From assembly GCA_018714105.1 (NCBI GenBank), contig DVNW01000021.1, positions 63,900-127,899 on the forward strand: a stretch of DNA of 64,000 bases, given 5' to 3'. Position numbers and translations under genes: made by a program. Source of the DNA: Candidatus Faecicola pullistercoris. GTDB lineage: Bacteria > Bacillota > Clostridia > Christensenellales > CAG-917. The notes below the pieces were generated by a model. That model made no database searches. It was not told the DNA's origin and saw only the letters and a list, made by a program, of their open reading frames with translations. Below, piece by piece: positions 54,936 through 64,000 of the stretch (within the stretch, counting starts at the first letter, position 1; every line of letters begins with the position of its first letter).

Positions 54936-55062
54936 TTTATCACCTCTGTTCAAATTTATATGCGTGTTCCGCGCGCATTATTACACCGACCATTTGCCTT
55001 GACTTTTGAAAGGTTATACTATACAATTATTTATTATTATATTAGTATTAATAGGAGCTGTT

Positions 55063-56004
55063 ATGAATTATATAGGTATCGATATCGGCGGCATGTCGAT
55101 AAAGGGCGGCATTGTTTCATCCGCAGGCGAAATTCTGAAAAAAGAGGTTGTTACCACCAACCCGTGGGCCGACGACGACGTAATCGTCGGGGATATAGCT
55201 TCGCTTATCAAATCTCTTATAGGCGACGGTGCGGAAAGCGTCAAAGGCATAGGCCTGGGAATTCCCGGTACGGTGGACGGCAAAAAAGGCCGTGTTTCGG
55301 TTACGCCCAACATAAACCTCACGGGTACCTGCCTTGTAAAGAAGCTGCATGCCTATTTTCCGGACGTTCCGATAAAAATAAGCAACGACGCCAACTGTGC
55401 GGCGCTGGGAGAAGCGCTTTTCGGCAGCGAGAAACTAGACGACGCTGTTCTGGTTACCTTGGGTACGGGCGTGGGTACGGGTATAATTCTGGACGGCAAA
55501 CTGTTCGAAGGCAACGGCGGTGCCGGCGCGGAAGGCGGTCATATGGTAATTAAAACGGGAGGCGAAAAATGCGGTTGCGGCAGACGGGGCTGCTGGGAGG
55601 CTTATGCCTCGGCCAGCGCGCTTATACGTCAGACGCGCATGGCCGCCGAAAAGAATCCCGACAGTATTCTTGCCAAGATAGTAAAAGAGGACGGAGAAGT
55701 TAACGGTAAAACGGTTTTCAAGGCTCAGTCGGAAGGTTGTCCCGTCGCTCAAAAAGTTATAAAAAAATACCTCGTGTACGTCGGGGACGGCATAGTCAAC
55801 CTCGTAAACATATTCCGTCCGAAGGCTGTCATTGTCGGCGGCGGCATCAGCAAGGAAGGCGAACGTATCATCAAGCCGTTACAGGCATACGTGAACAGAA
55901 AAGCCTATGCGCCCAAATTCAGCCCCAAGGTTAAAGTCATGCCGGCCACGCTTTTCAACGACGCGGGCATTATAGGGGCGGCCGCGCTGGTTATGGATAT
56001 TTAA
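55063..56004 (+). CDS. glcK: ROK family glucokinase
   Basis: YIGIDIGGMSIKGG, CGCGRRGCWEAYAS zinc motif. Confidence 0.85.
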   Translation: MNYIGIDIGGMSIKGGIVSSAGEILKKEVVTTNPWADDDVIVGDIASLIKSLIGDGAESVKGIGLGIPGTVDGKKGRVSVTPNINLTGTCLVKKLHAYFPDVPIKISNDANCAALGEALFGSEKLDDAVLVTLGTGVGTGIILDGKLFEGNGGAGAEGGHMVIKTGGEKCGCGRRGCWEAYASASALIRQTRMAAEKNPDSILAKIVKEDGEVNGKTVFKAQSEGCPVAQKVIKKYLVYVGDGIVNLVNIFRPKAVIVGGGISKEGERIIKPLQAYVNRKAYAPKFSPKVKVMPATLFNDAGIIGAAALVMDI

Positions 56005-56023
56005 AGGGAATTTATAAGGATAT

Positions 56024-57796
56024 ATGGACGTATTCGGTAAACTTAAAGAAAGTTTATTAAGCGTGGAAAAGCCTGCCAGATATACCGGCGGCGAATATAA
56101 TACTCCCGACGTTTATAAAAAACGCAAGGCCGATATCTGTATATGTTTTCCCGATATATACGAGATAGGCATGAGCAATTTGGGTATAAGCATTCTGTAC
56201 GGAATGCTTAACGACAACCCCGATTTCGTGGCGGAACGGTGTTTCGCACCCTGGCACGATATGGGCGAGCTTTTAAAAAAGAAGGGGCTTCCGCTCTATT
56301 CGCTTGAAAGCAAAAGGCCGCTGACGGAATTCGACGCCGTCGGCTTTTCCATTCAGTACGAACTGCTGTACAGCAATATTTTATACATGCTCGACCTTGC
56401 CGGGATACCTTTTACGGCAAAAGACAGAGGGGAAGAGTATCCTTTTATTATAGCGGGCGGGCCCTGCACGGTAAACCCCGAACCTTTCAGGGACTTTTTC
56501 GATATAATTCAGATAGGCGAGGGAGAGGAAATGCTGACTTCGCTTATGAACCTTATAGCGGAAGGCAAGGAAAAAGGCTTTTCCAAAGAGGAAGTACTCA
56601 AAAGGGCGGCTACAATCGAGGGCGTATACGTACCACGGTTTCACGAAGTCGGCAAAAAAGTGCGAAAAGCCGTCGTAAAAGATTTTGAAAACAGCTATTA
56701 TCCGGTAAAGCCGCTTGTTCCGAACATAGAGATAGTGCACGACAGGGCGGTGCTGGAACTGTACCGTGGCTGCGCGTCGGGCTGCAGATTCTGTCAGGCG
56801 GGTTTTTATTACAGGGCAATAAGAGAGCGGTCGCCGGAAAAACTGCTGTCGCTTGCCGTCCGTTCGCTTGAAAACAGCGGCTTTGACGAAATGTCTATGG
56901 CCAGTCTCAGCACGGGCGATTATTACAAACTGATGCCTCTTATTTCTTCCGTTTCGGACTATATTAAGGATAAGCACGTCAACCTTGCCCTTCCTTCGCT
57001 CAGACTCAGCAGTTTCGAAGGAGCTTTCGCGCTGAACACTCGTATGAATTCGCTTACGTTCGCGCCGGAGGCGGGCAGTCAGCGGCTCAGGGACGTTATA
57101 AACAAAAATATCACCGAAGACGATATCTTCGACAGTGTTTCCGATGCGTTTGACAGAGGATACGACCATCTCAAACTTTATTTCATGATGGGATTGCCTA
57201 CCGAAACGGACGAAGATATTCTTGAAATATGCCGTCTTGTAAAAGATATACGCGAATTGTATATCAAAAAGACGGGTAACAAACGGCTTACGGTTTCGGT
57301 CAGTTGCTCGGTATTCATACCCAAACCTGTTACTCCTTTTCAATGGGAAGAGCAGATTTCGCTTGAGGAGATGCTCAGAAGACAAAACCTTTTGCGCAAT
57401 GCGCTCAGAACGGTCAAAGGAGTGGCGTTCAGCTGGCACGGCGCCGAAACGTCGGTGCTCGAAGCCGTTTTCGCGCGCGGGGACGAAAAGCTCGGCCCCG
57501 TTATTTCGAGCGCGTACGGGAAAGGAGCCAAGTTCGACGGTTGGAGCGAACATTTCAGATGGGACGTATGGCAGGAAGCTTTTTCGGAAAACGGCCTGGA
57601 TATGCGCGATTACGTCAGGGCTCGCGATACCGACCAAACACTGCCATGGGATTTTATCGATACTACGGTCAGAAAGGAATATTTGCTTAAAGAGCGCGAA
57701 AAAGCGTATAACGGCATAACCACCCGCAGTTGCCGCGAAGGGTGCAACGGTTGCGGAGCAAACGGCTCGGTTAAATGTTTCGGAGGCGTTTTATGA
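56024..57796 (+). CDS. TIGR03960-type radical SAM protein (B12-binding-like N-terminal domain)
   Basis: CASGCRFCQAG (CxxxCxxC), 590 aa, followed by its usual DUF2344 partner. Confidence 0.8.
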   Translation: MDVFGKLKESLLSVEKPARYTGGEYNTPDVYKKRKADICICFPDIYEIGMSNLGISILYGMLNDNPDFVAERCFAPWHDMGELLKKKGLPLYSLESKRPLTEFDAVGFSIQYELLYSNILYMLDLAGIPFTAKDRGEEYPFIIAGGPCTVNPEPFRDFFDIIQIGEGEEMLTSLMNLIAEGKEKGFSKEEVLKRAATIEGVYVPRFHEVGKKVRKAVVKDFENSYYPVKPLVPNIEIVHDRAVLELYRGCASGCRFCQAGFYYRAIRERSPEKLLSLAVRSLENSGFDEMSMASLSTGDYYKLMPLISSVSDYIKDKHVNLALPSLRLSSFEGAFALNTRMNSLTFAPEAGSQRLRDVINKNITEDDIFDSVSDAFDRGYDHLKLYFMMGLPTETDEDILEICRLVKDIRELYIKKTGNKRLTVSVSCSVFIPKPVTPFQWEEQISLEEMLRRQNLLRNALRTVKGVAFSWHGAETSVLEAVFARGDEKLGPVISSAYGKGAKFDGWSEHFRWDVWQEAFSENGLDMRDYVRARDTDQTLPWDFIDTTVRKEYLLKEREKAYNGITTRSCREGCNGCGANGSVKCFGGVL

Positions 57797-58473
57797 TAAC
57801 TTTAAAATATAAAAAGCACGATACCGCCGTTTATATTTCGCATATAGACACTTTAAGAGCCATGGTCAGGTCTGTAAGGCGCGCGGGCATAGAAGTGGAT
57901 TTCAGCAAGGGATTCAATCCGCACATGCTGCTGTTTTTCTCGCCGCCGCTCGCGCTCGGCGTAAGCAGCGAGTGCGAATACGTAACCGCCGACTGCAAGG
58001 GCGTAACGCCGGAGGAATTTGTTTCAAGGTACAATGCCGTATGCGCGCCGGGTTTTGAGGCGGTCGCGGCGTTTTATACCCCTAAATCGCCCAATCTGGC
58101 GGGAAGAATACGCGCTGCCGATTACGAATTCTCCTACTCGGCCGATAAGGCGGAGGCCGTTGCCGCAGCGGTAAAAGCCGTGATGACGTCGGACGTTTAC
58201 GAGGTAGGGCAGACGACCAAAGGCGGACCGGTTAAAAAAGAGTGCCGCAAACTTATATACGCCATGGAAGACCTCGGCGGAGTTTTACGGGTTAAACTCG
58301 CCACCGGTAACGATAACCTCAGAGCCGACAGACTTGCCCTTCAAATGAACGAGGATTTCGGTACGGCGTTTGAAGTTACCGGAATAGTCAAAAAAGTTCA
58401 GTACGCCGAACATGACGGCGCTGTTATACCCGCGGACGAATTTTTAGTGAAAACGGGCGAGGAAGTGAAGTAA
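57793..58473 (+). CDS. TIGR03936/DUF2344 radical-SAM-associated protein
   Basis: ATGA overlap with the upstream gene. ISHIDTLRAMVRSVRRAGIEVDFSKGFNPHMLLFFSPPLALG. Confidence 0.75.
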   Translation: MITLKYKKHDTAVYISHIDTLRAMVRSVRRAGIEVDFSKGFNPHMLLFFSPPLALGVSSECEYVTADCKGVTPEEFVSRYNAVCAPGFEAVAAFYTPKSPNLAGRIRAADYEFSYSADKAEAVAAAVKAVMTSDVYEVGQTTKGGPVKKECRKLIYAMEDLGGVLRVKLATGNDNLRADRLALQMNEDFGTAFEVTGIVKKVQYAEHDGAVIPADEFLVKTGEEVK

Positions 58474-58474
58474 T

Positions 58475-59971
58475 ATGAAAAAACTGTTCATCGACTATCA
58501 TCCCAAAAGAGTCAGGGTGGCGATGACCGAAAACGGAGAACTAGTAGAGTTTTATATCGAAAGGGCGTCTCAACCAAAACTCGTGGGCAATATTTATAAG
58601 GGAAGAGTCGTTAACGTGCTTGCGGGAATGAAGGCGGCCTTCGTCAATATCGGCCTTGAGAAAAACGCGTTCTTGTACGTGGGCGAAAGCCTTGTGGACA
58701 GAGCGGACCTTGCAAAGAGTCCTCTTGCCATGCCGCAGAAACTAAAAGTATCGGCGGGCGACGATATCCTTTGTCAGGTTGTCAAAGACCATTTCGGAAC
58801 AAAGGGCGTACGCATTTCGCAGAACGTATCCCTGCCCGGACGCCTTTTGGTTATAATGCCGCAAATGAGCTATATAGGCATTTCGCACAAGATTACCGAC
58901 GAGGACGTAAAGGCCCGTCTGGAAAAGCTGGTGGCGGCCAATTGTCCGCCGAATACTGGGTTTATCGTGCGTACCGAGGCTGCTAAAGCCACCGATGAGG
59001 AAATAGTGGCCGAAATGAAACTACTTATCAACAAGTGGAACAATATCAAAAAAAGCTACGAAAAAACGCCCGAGGGCACCCCGGTTTACGAAGAGGGCGA
59101 TCTCATTTTCCGCACAATCAGGGATTTGCTGAGCAGCGATATAGACGAAATCATCGTCAATAACGAAATCGTTTACCGCGACCTTAACGAGAAACTTTCC
59201 GCGATATACCCCGATAAGGATATTCTGACGCTGTACGAGGGTAAGGATAACTTTTTATATCATTTCAACCTTGCCGGCAAAATTGACAAATTGCTCAAAC
59301 GCAAAGTAGTGCTTAAAAACGGCGCCTACCTTATTGTGGACCGCACGGAAGCGCTTACCGTAATAGACGTCAATACCGGCCGATACGTAGGAGATACCGA
59401 TCTCGAAGAGACGGTTTTTAAGACAAACCTTACCGCGGCGGAGGAAATCGCCAAACAGCTCAGACTGCGCAATATAGGCGGCATAATAGTTATAGACTTT
59501 ATAGATATGGAAAAGGAGGAGCATCAAAAGGAGGTTGTCGAACGGCTGCATAAGGCTTTGCTTGCTGACAGAGTAAGGACCTCTGTGCCCGTTATGACTT
59601 CGCTCGGGCTGGTGGAGCTTACCCGTAAAAAGACGCGCAGCATGATAGACGGCATACTTTTGCGAGAATGCCCGTACTGCCACGGCGACAGTTACGTGTA
59701 TTCGGAAGAGTTCGTTATTATGAAAATCCGTGAATACCTCGTCAATCTGTTCAACGGCGAAAATCCCAAAAACGTGTTGATTACGGTACACCCCGACGTG
59801 TGCGAAAAAATATTCTCGCTGAGATACCTTGCCACGGACTGCATGACGCTGTGGCGCGCAAAGCGCATCTACATTATACCCGACAGCAACATGCATGTGG
59901 ACGATTTTTCGGCCGCGTACAACAACGAATCCGTGCTGACTCTTCCGTCAAGCGCAAGAATGCTTTACTGA
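58475..59971 (+). CDS. rng: Rne/Rng family ribonuclease (RNase G-like)
   Basis: S1 domain NIYKGRVVNVLAGMKAAFVNIG, TVIDVNTG, GGIIVIDFIDM, CPYCHG. Confidence 0.85.
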   Translation: MKKLFIDYHPKRVRVAMTENGELVEFYIERASQPKLVGNIYKGRVVNVLAGMKAAFVNIGLEKNAFLYVGESLVDRADLAKSPLAMPQKLKVSAGDDILCQVVKDHFGTKGVRISQNVSLPGRLLVIMPQMSYIGISHKITDEDVKARLEKLVAANCPPNTGFIVRTEAAKATDEEIVAEMKLLINKWNNIKKSYEKTPEGTPVYEEGDLIFRTIRDLLSSDIDEIIVNNEIVYRDLNEKLSAIYPDKDILTLYEGKDNFLYHFNLAGKIDKLLKRKVVLKNGAYLIVDRTEALTVIDVNTGRYVGDTDLEETVFKTNLTAAEEIAKQLRLRNIGGIIVIDFIDMEKEEHQKEVVERLHKALLADRVRTSVPVMTSLGLVELTRKKTRSMIDGILLRECPYCHGDSYVYSEEFVIMKIREYLVNLFNGENPKNVLITVHPDVCEKIFSLRYLATDCMTLWRAKRIYIIPDSNMHVDDFSAAYNNESVLTLPSSARMLY

Positions 59972-59991
59972 GTATTAACGGAATATTTCGG

Positions 59992-60019
59992 ACCCGCGTG
60001 ATGCGGGTTTTATTTTTTT
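59992..60019 (+). terminator. intrinsic terminator after rng
   Basis: acccgc-gtgat-gcgggt-tttattttttt. Confidence 0.75.
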
Positions 60020-60126
60020 AAGATATAGCCGATATTGTAATTGTAGGGAAAAATATTTTAAAACACTATTGACTTTTGGATACATAACGCTTATTATATA
60101 ATTGTGAATATATTAACGAGGTGCCT

Positions 60127-60687
60127 ATGCCGCCAAAAACACGAATAGGAAAAGAAGAGATAGCCGACGCCGCTTTCGGCCTTATACGCAAAAAAGGGCA
60201 GGCGGCTTTAACGGCCAAATCGCTGGCGGCGGAGCTGAAATGTTCGACGCAGCCCGTCTTCTGGCATTTTGAAAACATGGACGAGGTAAAAGATTGCGCT
60301 TTGAAGCGCGCCGAGGATTATTTTGCCGAATATCTGAAAAAAGAAACCTCTGCGGATAATCCTTATAAAAGCATAGGCCTGAATTACATTGCCTTCGCTA
60401 CCGAAGAAAAACAGCTTTTCAGGCTTTTGTACATGAGCGACAAGGGCGGAAAACCCGATATAATGCAATGGGACGGTAACAGGCCGTTTATATTGGGAGT
60501 CATGGAAAAAAGCGGAATCAAGGGCGATGAGGCGCGCGAAAAGATATTCAGGGAAATGTGGCTTTTTTCGCACGGGATTGCCACGATGATTGCCACCGAC
60601 ACGGCTTTTTTCGGCAAGGACGAAATCGACAGCATGTTGTCGGATGTATATCAAGGACTGGTTTTAAAGTTAAAAAACGACAATTAA
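60127..60687 (+). CDS. TetR/AcrR family transcriptional regulator
   Basis: N-terminal HTH IADAAFGLIRKKGQAALTAKSLAAELKCSTQPVFWHFENMDEV. Upstream promoter TTGACT-17-TATTAT. Confidence 0.8.
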   Translation: MPPKTRIGKEEIADAAFGLIRKKGQAALTAKSLAAELKCSTQPVFWHFENMDEVKDCALKRAEDYFAEYLKKETSADNPYKSIGLNYIAFATEEKQLFRLLYMSDKGGKPDIMQWDGNRPFILGVMEKSGIKGDEAREKIFREMWLFSHGIATMIATDTAFFGKDEIDSMLSDVYQGLVLKLKNDN

Positions 60688-60741
60688 AGTATGTGTTTGC
60701 ATACTTCCCGCTAGGGGTGAAATAAAAACAAGGAGGCTGAA

Positions 60742-62265
60742 ATGAAAAAATACGATGCAGTGGTAATTGGCGCCGGAAACGGCGGATTGGTAGCCGCGAT
60801 AAGACTGTTGCAGGGCGGCGCGAAAGTGCTGCTTGTGGAAAAGCACAACCTGCCCGGCGGATTTGCTACCAGTTTCAGAAGGGGGCGGTTCGAGTTCGAG
60901 GCTTCGCTTCACGAGCTTAACGACTTCGGCACAAAGGAAAACTGCGGCGACGTCAGGGAGCTGTTCGATCAGCTGGGCGTTACCGACAAAATCGACTGGA
61001 TACAGATACCCGAGGCTTACCGAACGATAGTTCGCGCCGAGAATATCGACGCCACCATGCCTTTCGGCGTAAAAGAATTTATCGATAAAATGGAATTTTA
61101 CGTGCCCGGAAGCCGTCCTTCCATGGAAAAATTCTTTGCCCTGGCCGAAGAAATCAGGGCCGCCCAGGCTTACAGCAGCTCGGTAAACGGACAGACGGAC
61201 AGCAAAATAATGGTAAGCGAATACGGCAATTTCGTAAGATGCGGTTCGTATTCGGTAAACGAAGTTTTGAAAGCGCTTAAAATGCCGAAGAAAGCAATAG
61301 ACATTCTCAATGCATACTGGTGCTATCTGGGCGCACATTGCGACGACCTGAGTTTCGTGCATTATGCTTCAATGGTATTGAGGTATATCACGCGCGGCGC
61401 GTCCATGCCGAAAATGCGCTCGCACGAAATTTCGCTTGCCCTTGTCGAGAGAATCAAGGAGCTGGGCGGCGACGTATGGTTCAATACCGAGGCCGTAAAG
61501 ATTTTAACCGGCAAGGAAGGCGAGGTGTCCGGAGTGGTGCTTGCCGACGGCAGGGAGATACCCGTAAAACACGTTGTCGCAAACTGTTCGCCTCACGTCG
61601 TATACGGCCGAATGATGGATAACGTGCCCGAAAAAATCGTACGGGCCACAAATGCCCGCAAGTTCGCGGGGAGAGGGTTTACCATGTTTTTGGGACTTAA
61701 CAAATCGGCCGACGAACTGGGAATCGAAAACCACAATTATTTCCTGTACGACACCATGGATACGGTAAAACAGTACGAGCTCATGAAAAAAATCAAAACC
61801 AACACGGTGCAGGCTACGGTCTGCCTTAACAGGGCTTATCCCGAATGCTCGCCTGAGGGCACGACCATGATGTATTTTACTACTTTGTTCATGTCGGACG
61901 ACTGGGCCGGCGTCAAGCCCGAGGATTATTTCAAAGCCAAAAAATTCGTGGCCGACAATATGATAGACCGCTTTGAAAGGGATACGGGCTGCAGAATCCG
62001 CGACTCGATAGAGGAAGTATCCGTGGCGACGCCCATGACTTACGCGAGATACTGCGGGCATCCCGAGGGCGATATTTACGGCTATGAGTCGCAGTACTGG
62101 GACGGGCTTATGCCCAGGTTGCAGATGATGGCCGAAGACAACATGACAAAGGGCCTGCGCTTTGCGGGCGGATACGCCATGCGCCTGTCGGGTTATTCGA
62201 GCGCGTATTTCTCGGGCGATATTTCGGGCCGTCAGACCGTCGGCGATATTAAAAAGGAGGGTTAA
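60742..62265 (+). CDS. FAD-dependent oxidoreductase of the phytoene desaturase (CrtI-like) family
   Basis: YDAVVIGAGNGGLVAAIRL..VLLVEKHNLPGG dinucleotide-binding motif, 507 aa. Confidence 0.75.
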   Translation: MKKYDAVVIGAGNGGLVAAIRLLQGGAKVLLVEKHNLPGGFATSFRRGRFEFEASLHELNDFGTKENCGDVRELFDQLGVTDKIDWIQIPEAYRTIVRAENIDATMPFGVKEFIDKMEFYVPGSRPSMEKFFALAEEIRAAQAYSSSVNGQTDSKIMVSEYGNFVRCGSYSVNEVLKALKMPKKAIDILNAYWCYLGAHCDDLSFVHYASMVLRYITRGASMPKMRSHEISLALVERIKELGGDVWFNTEAVKILTGKEGEVSGVVLADGREIPVKHVVANCSPHVVYGRMMDNVPEKIVRATNARKFAGRGFTMFLGLNKSADELGIENHNYFLYDTMDTVKQYELMKKIKTNTVQATVCLNRAYPECSPEGTTMMYFTTLFMSDDWAGVKPEDYFKAKKFVADNMIDRFERDTGCRIRDSIEEVSVATPMTYARYCGHPEGDIYGYESQYWDGLMPRLQMMAEDNMTKGLRFAGGYAMRLSGYSSAYFSGDISGRQTVGDIKKEG

Positions 62266-62268
62266 ACT

Positions 62269-63417
62269 ATGGCATTCACGTTCAAAAAACAGATATTCGG
62301 GTTTATGGACCTGCTGCGTTTTAAAAAGATGACCGCAATCCGCAGGGAGAAACTGGCCACGGCGCCCGCCACTCCTTTGCCCGCGACCTATACGGTAAAC
62401 GAGATTGCGGCAGTGCTTCATCCGGGAAATCAGAAGGCCGAGCTCATTAAAATAACTTCGGAGACCGCGGATACCAAAACTTATACCTTCCGACTGTCGA
62501 AAAAGATGTTTTTCAGAGCGGGACAATACGTTACCGTAAAGACCGCGATAGGGCAGAGCCTTGTTGCCAGACCTTACGCAATATCCTCGTCGCCGCTTAC
62601 CGCGCTTAATAAAAGCGAACTGTCGGTAACAGTAAAAAAGGCAGGCTATTTCAGCGAATGGCTTTTCGACAACGCCAAAGAAGGCGACGAATTCGTCATA
62701 GGGGACCCTTCGGGCGAATTCTTTTACGAGCCGATTAAAGACCGTCCGAACGTAGTCGCGCTTGCCGGCGGCAGCGGCATCACTCCGTTTTTCAGCATGG
62801 CTCAGGCCATAGCAGAGGGAACGGAAGATTTCAGCCTGACTCTTATCTACGGCGCGAAAACAGAAAAGGACATCATATTCAAAGACAAAATCGACAAGCT
62901 TGTTTCGGACAGGTTCAAAGTGGTCTACGTACTGTCAGACGAGAAGAAGGATGGCTACGAAAGCGGCTTCATAACGCGCGAAATCATACAAAAATACGCT
63001 CCCGAAACCTATACTGTCATGCTTTGCGGACCGCAGGCCATGTACGCTTTCGCGGATAAGGAGCTTGAAAAGCTGGGAATGGGCGGCAAATACGTCAAAC
63101 ACGAGGCAAATTGCGTGGGCAGAAGAGACGTTAAACCCGCCGTGTATAAACTTAAAGTCAATATTAAAGACCAAAGCTGCGAAATCCCCGCGGCGGCGGA
63201 GGAAACCCTACTGGTCGCAATGGAACGGGCGGGACTCAGGGTTCCGTCCAAATGCCGCGCGGGCGGATGCGGCTTCTGCCACAGCAAGCTTGAAAGCGGT
63301 AAGTTCAGTATTGCGGGCGCGGACAAACGCCGTCTTGCCGACGCAAAATTCGGATATATTCACCCGTGTTGCAGCTATCCCGATTCGGATATGGAAATAA
63401 CCGTTCCCGAAGGCTGA
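62269..63417 (+). CDS. ferredoxin-NAD(P) reductase-like flavoprotein with C-terminal plant-type 2Fe-2S domain
   Basis: RPYAISSSP (RxYS), LAGGSGITPF, C-terminal CRAGGCGFCHS...HPCCSYP. Confidence 0.75.
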   Translation: MAFTFKKQIFGFMDLLRFKKMTAIRREKLATAPATPLPATYTVNEIAAVLHPGNQKAELIKITSETADTKTYTFRLSKKMFFRAGQYVTVKTAIGQSLVARPYAISSSPLTALNKSELSVTVKKAGYFSEWLFDNAKEGDEFVIGDPSGEFFYEPIKDRPNVVALAGGSGITPFFSMAQAIAEGTEDFSLTLIYGAKTEKDIIFKDKIDKLVSDRFKVVYVLSDEKKDGYESGFITREIIQKYAPETYTVMLCGPQAMYAFADKELEKLGMGGKYVKHEANCVGRRDVKPAVYKLKVNIKDQSCEIPAAAEETLLVAMERAGLRVPSKCRAGGCGFCHSKLESGKFSIAGADKRRLADAKFGYIHPCCSYPDSDMEITVPEG

Positions 63418-63432
63418 TTCTGCCTACGGCAC

Positions 63433-63462
63433 AAAAGCGGCGCCGACGCGCCGCTTTTTTTT
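63433..63462 (+). terminator. intrinsic terminator
   Basis: aaaa-gcggcg-ccgacg-cgccgc-tttttttt. Confidence 0.75.
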
Positions 63463-63524
63463 ATATTATAATAATATATTATAAATTTTTATCAATCGTT
63501 TGACATAACGGTTTTTTTATGGTA

Positions 63525-63600
63525 AATTTATTGTCGAGCCGCTTGTTCGGGGTATTCAAGCGCGCAAGCCACCCCGCGACAGCGAGACTGGAAAGAGGAG
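63525..63600 (+). promoter_or_regulatory. structured leader upstream of rplU (possible L21 leader element)
   Basis: gtcg..cggggt-attcaagcgcgcaagcc-accccg..cgac nested pairing directly before the RBS ggaggt. Firmicute rplU operons are known to carry an L21 leader. Confidence 0.35.
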
Positions 63601-63611
63601 GTAATATTTCA

Positions 63612-63920
63612 ATGTATGCTATTGTTGCTACCGGCGGTAAGCAGGTTAAGGTAGAAAAAGACCAGATTATAAAGGTCGAAAAACTTAACGCCGAAAAAGG
63701 CGCTACCGTTAAGCTCGACGCTCTCATGATAGTCGACGGCGCGGATATCGTTACCGGCAATCCCATCAAAGGCGCATACGTCGAGGCAGAGGTTTTATAT
63801 CAGGACAAGTTCGACAAGGTTATCGTTTACAAGTACAAAGCCAAGAAGAACGAGAGAAAACGCCAAGGCCATCGTCAACCGTATACGGCATTGAAGGTTG
63901 TCAATATCGTTAAAAAGTAA
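63612..63920 (+). CDS. rplU: 50S ribosomal protein L21
   Basis: MYAIVATGGKQVKVEKDQIIKVEKL, 102 aa. Confidence 0.95.
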   Translation: MYAIVATGGKQVKVEKDQIIKVEKLNAEKGATVKLDALMIVDGADIVTGNPIKGAYVEAEVLYQDKFDKVIVYKYKAKKNERKRQGHRQPYTALKVVNIVKK

Positions 63921-64000
63921 TGACAAAAGTTACTTTCTTTAAGAAAGAGGGCAAAATTACGGCAATAGAGTGCAAAGGCCATACGGGCTACGCCGAACGC
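63920..64000 (+). CDS. prp: ribosomal-processing cysteine protease Prp (YsxB-like), 3' end outside the window
   Basis: MTKVTFFKKEGKITAIECKGHTGYAE, in the canonical position between rplU and rpmA. Confidence 0.75.
   Translation, partial: MTKVTFFKKEGKITAIECKGHTGYAER

Overview
This is a 64-kb chromosomal segment, most likely from a Clostridia-class Firmicute. That guess rests on gene content only: rnfCDGEAB, a SpoIVFB-like M50 protease, the rng/rplU/prp context and an ANTAR-linked glutamine synthetase locus. I call about 58 protein genes, one tRNA-Ala(GGC), and no rRNA, CRISPR array, IS element or integrase. Most of the window is housekeeping. It holds a large nitrogen-assimilation block: an ANTAR regulator, a short GlnA, a three-gene split glutamate-synthase-like set, two paralogous type III glutamine synthetases, asnB and pyrG. 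It also holds the Rnf complex, a maf-mreB-minDE block, a glucokinase, a radical-SAM/RNase G cluster, glycosidases (a permuted GH3 and a GH2 beta-mannosidase), cysK and several peptidases. Two accessory parts stand out. (1) An AT-rich island of about 5.7 kb with no integrase lies at 4118-9863, directly downstream of tRNA-Ala. The tRNA 3' end and its terminator are duplicated there as a 54-nt perfect direct repeat. The island encodes a WYL regulator, a catalytically dead mini-DnaE fused to an FtsK-gamma-like winged helix, a PD-(D/E)xK nuclease with a membrane partner, and a degenerate DnaQ/PolC-type exonuclease. It ends in a dead 222-nt fragment of asnB. I cannot assign this gene combination to any named system, and it is my best candidate for something undescribed. 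(2) A 1883-aa DUF4011 / SF1 helicase / REase-like / DUF3320-type protein (25901-31552) has its own strong promoter. Its architecture matches what I recall of the single-gene Hhe defence system. A further point of interest is the divergent nitrogen control region (15126-15380). It has two near-consensus promoters, each followed within about 10 nt by a long hairpin, and the two hairpins share the same stem base. All calls come from reading the sequence and the ORF translations; no database search was run.
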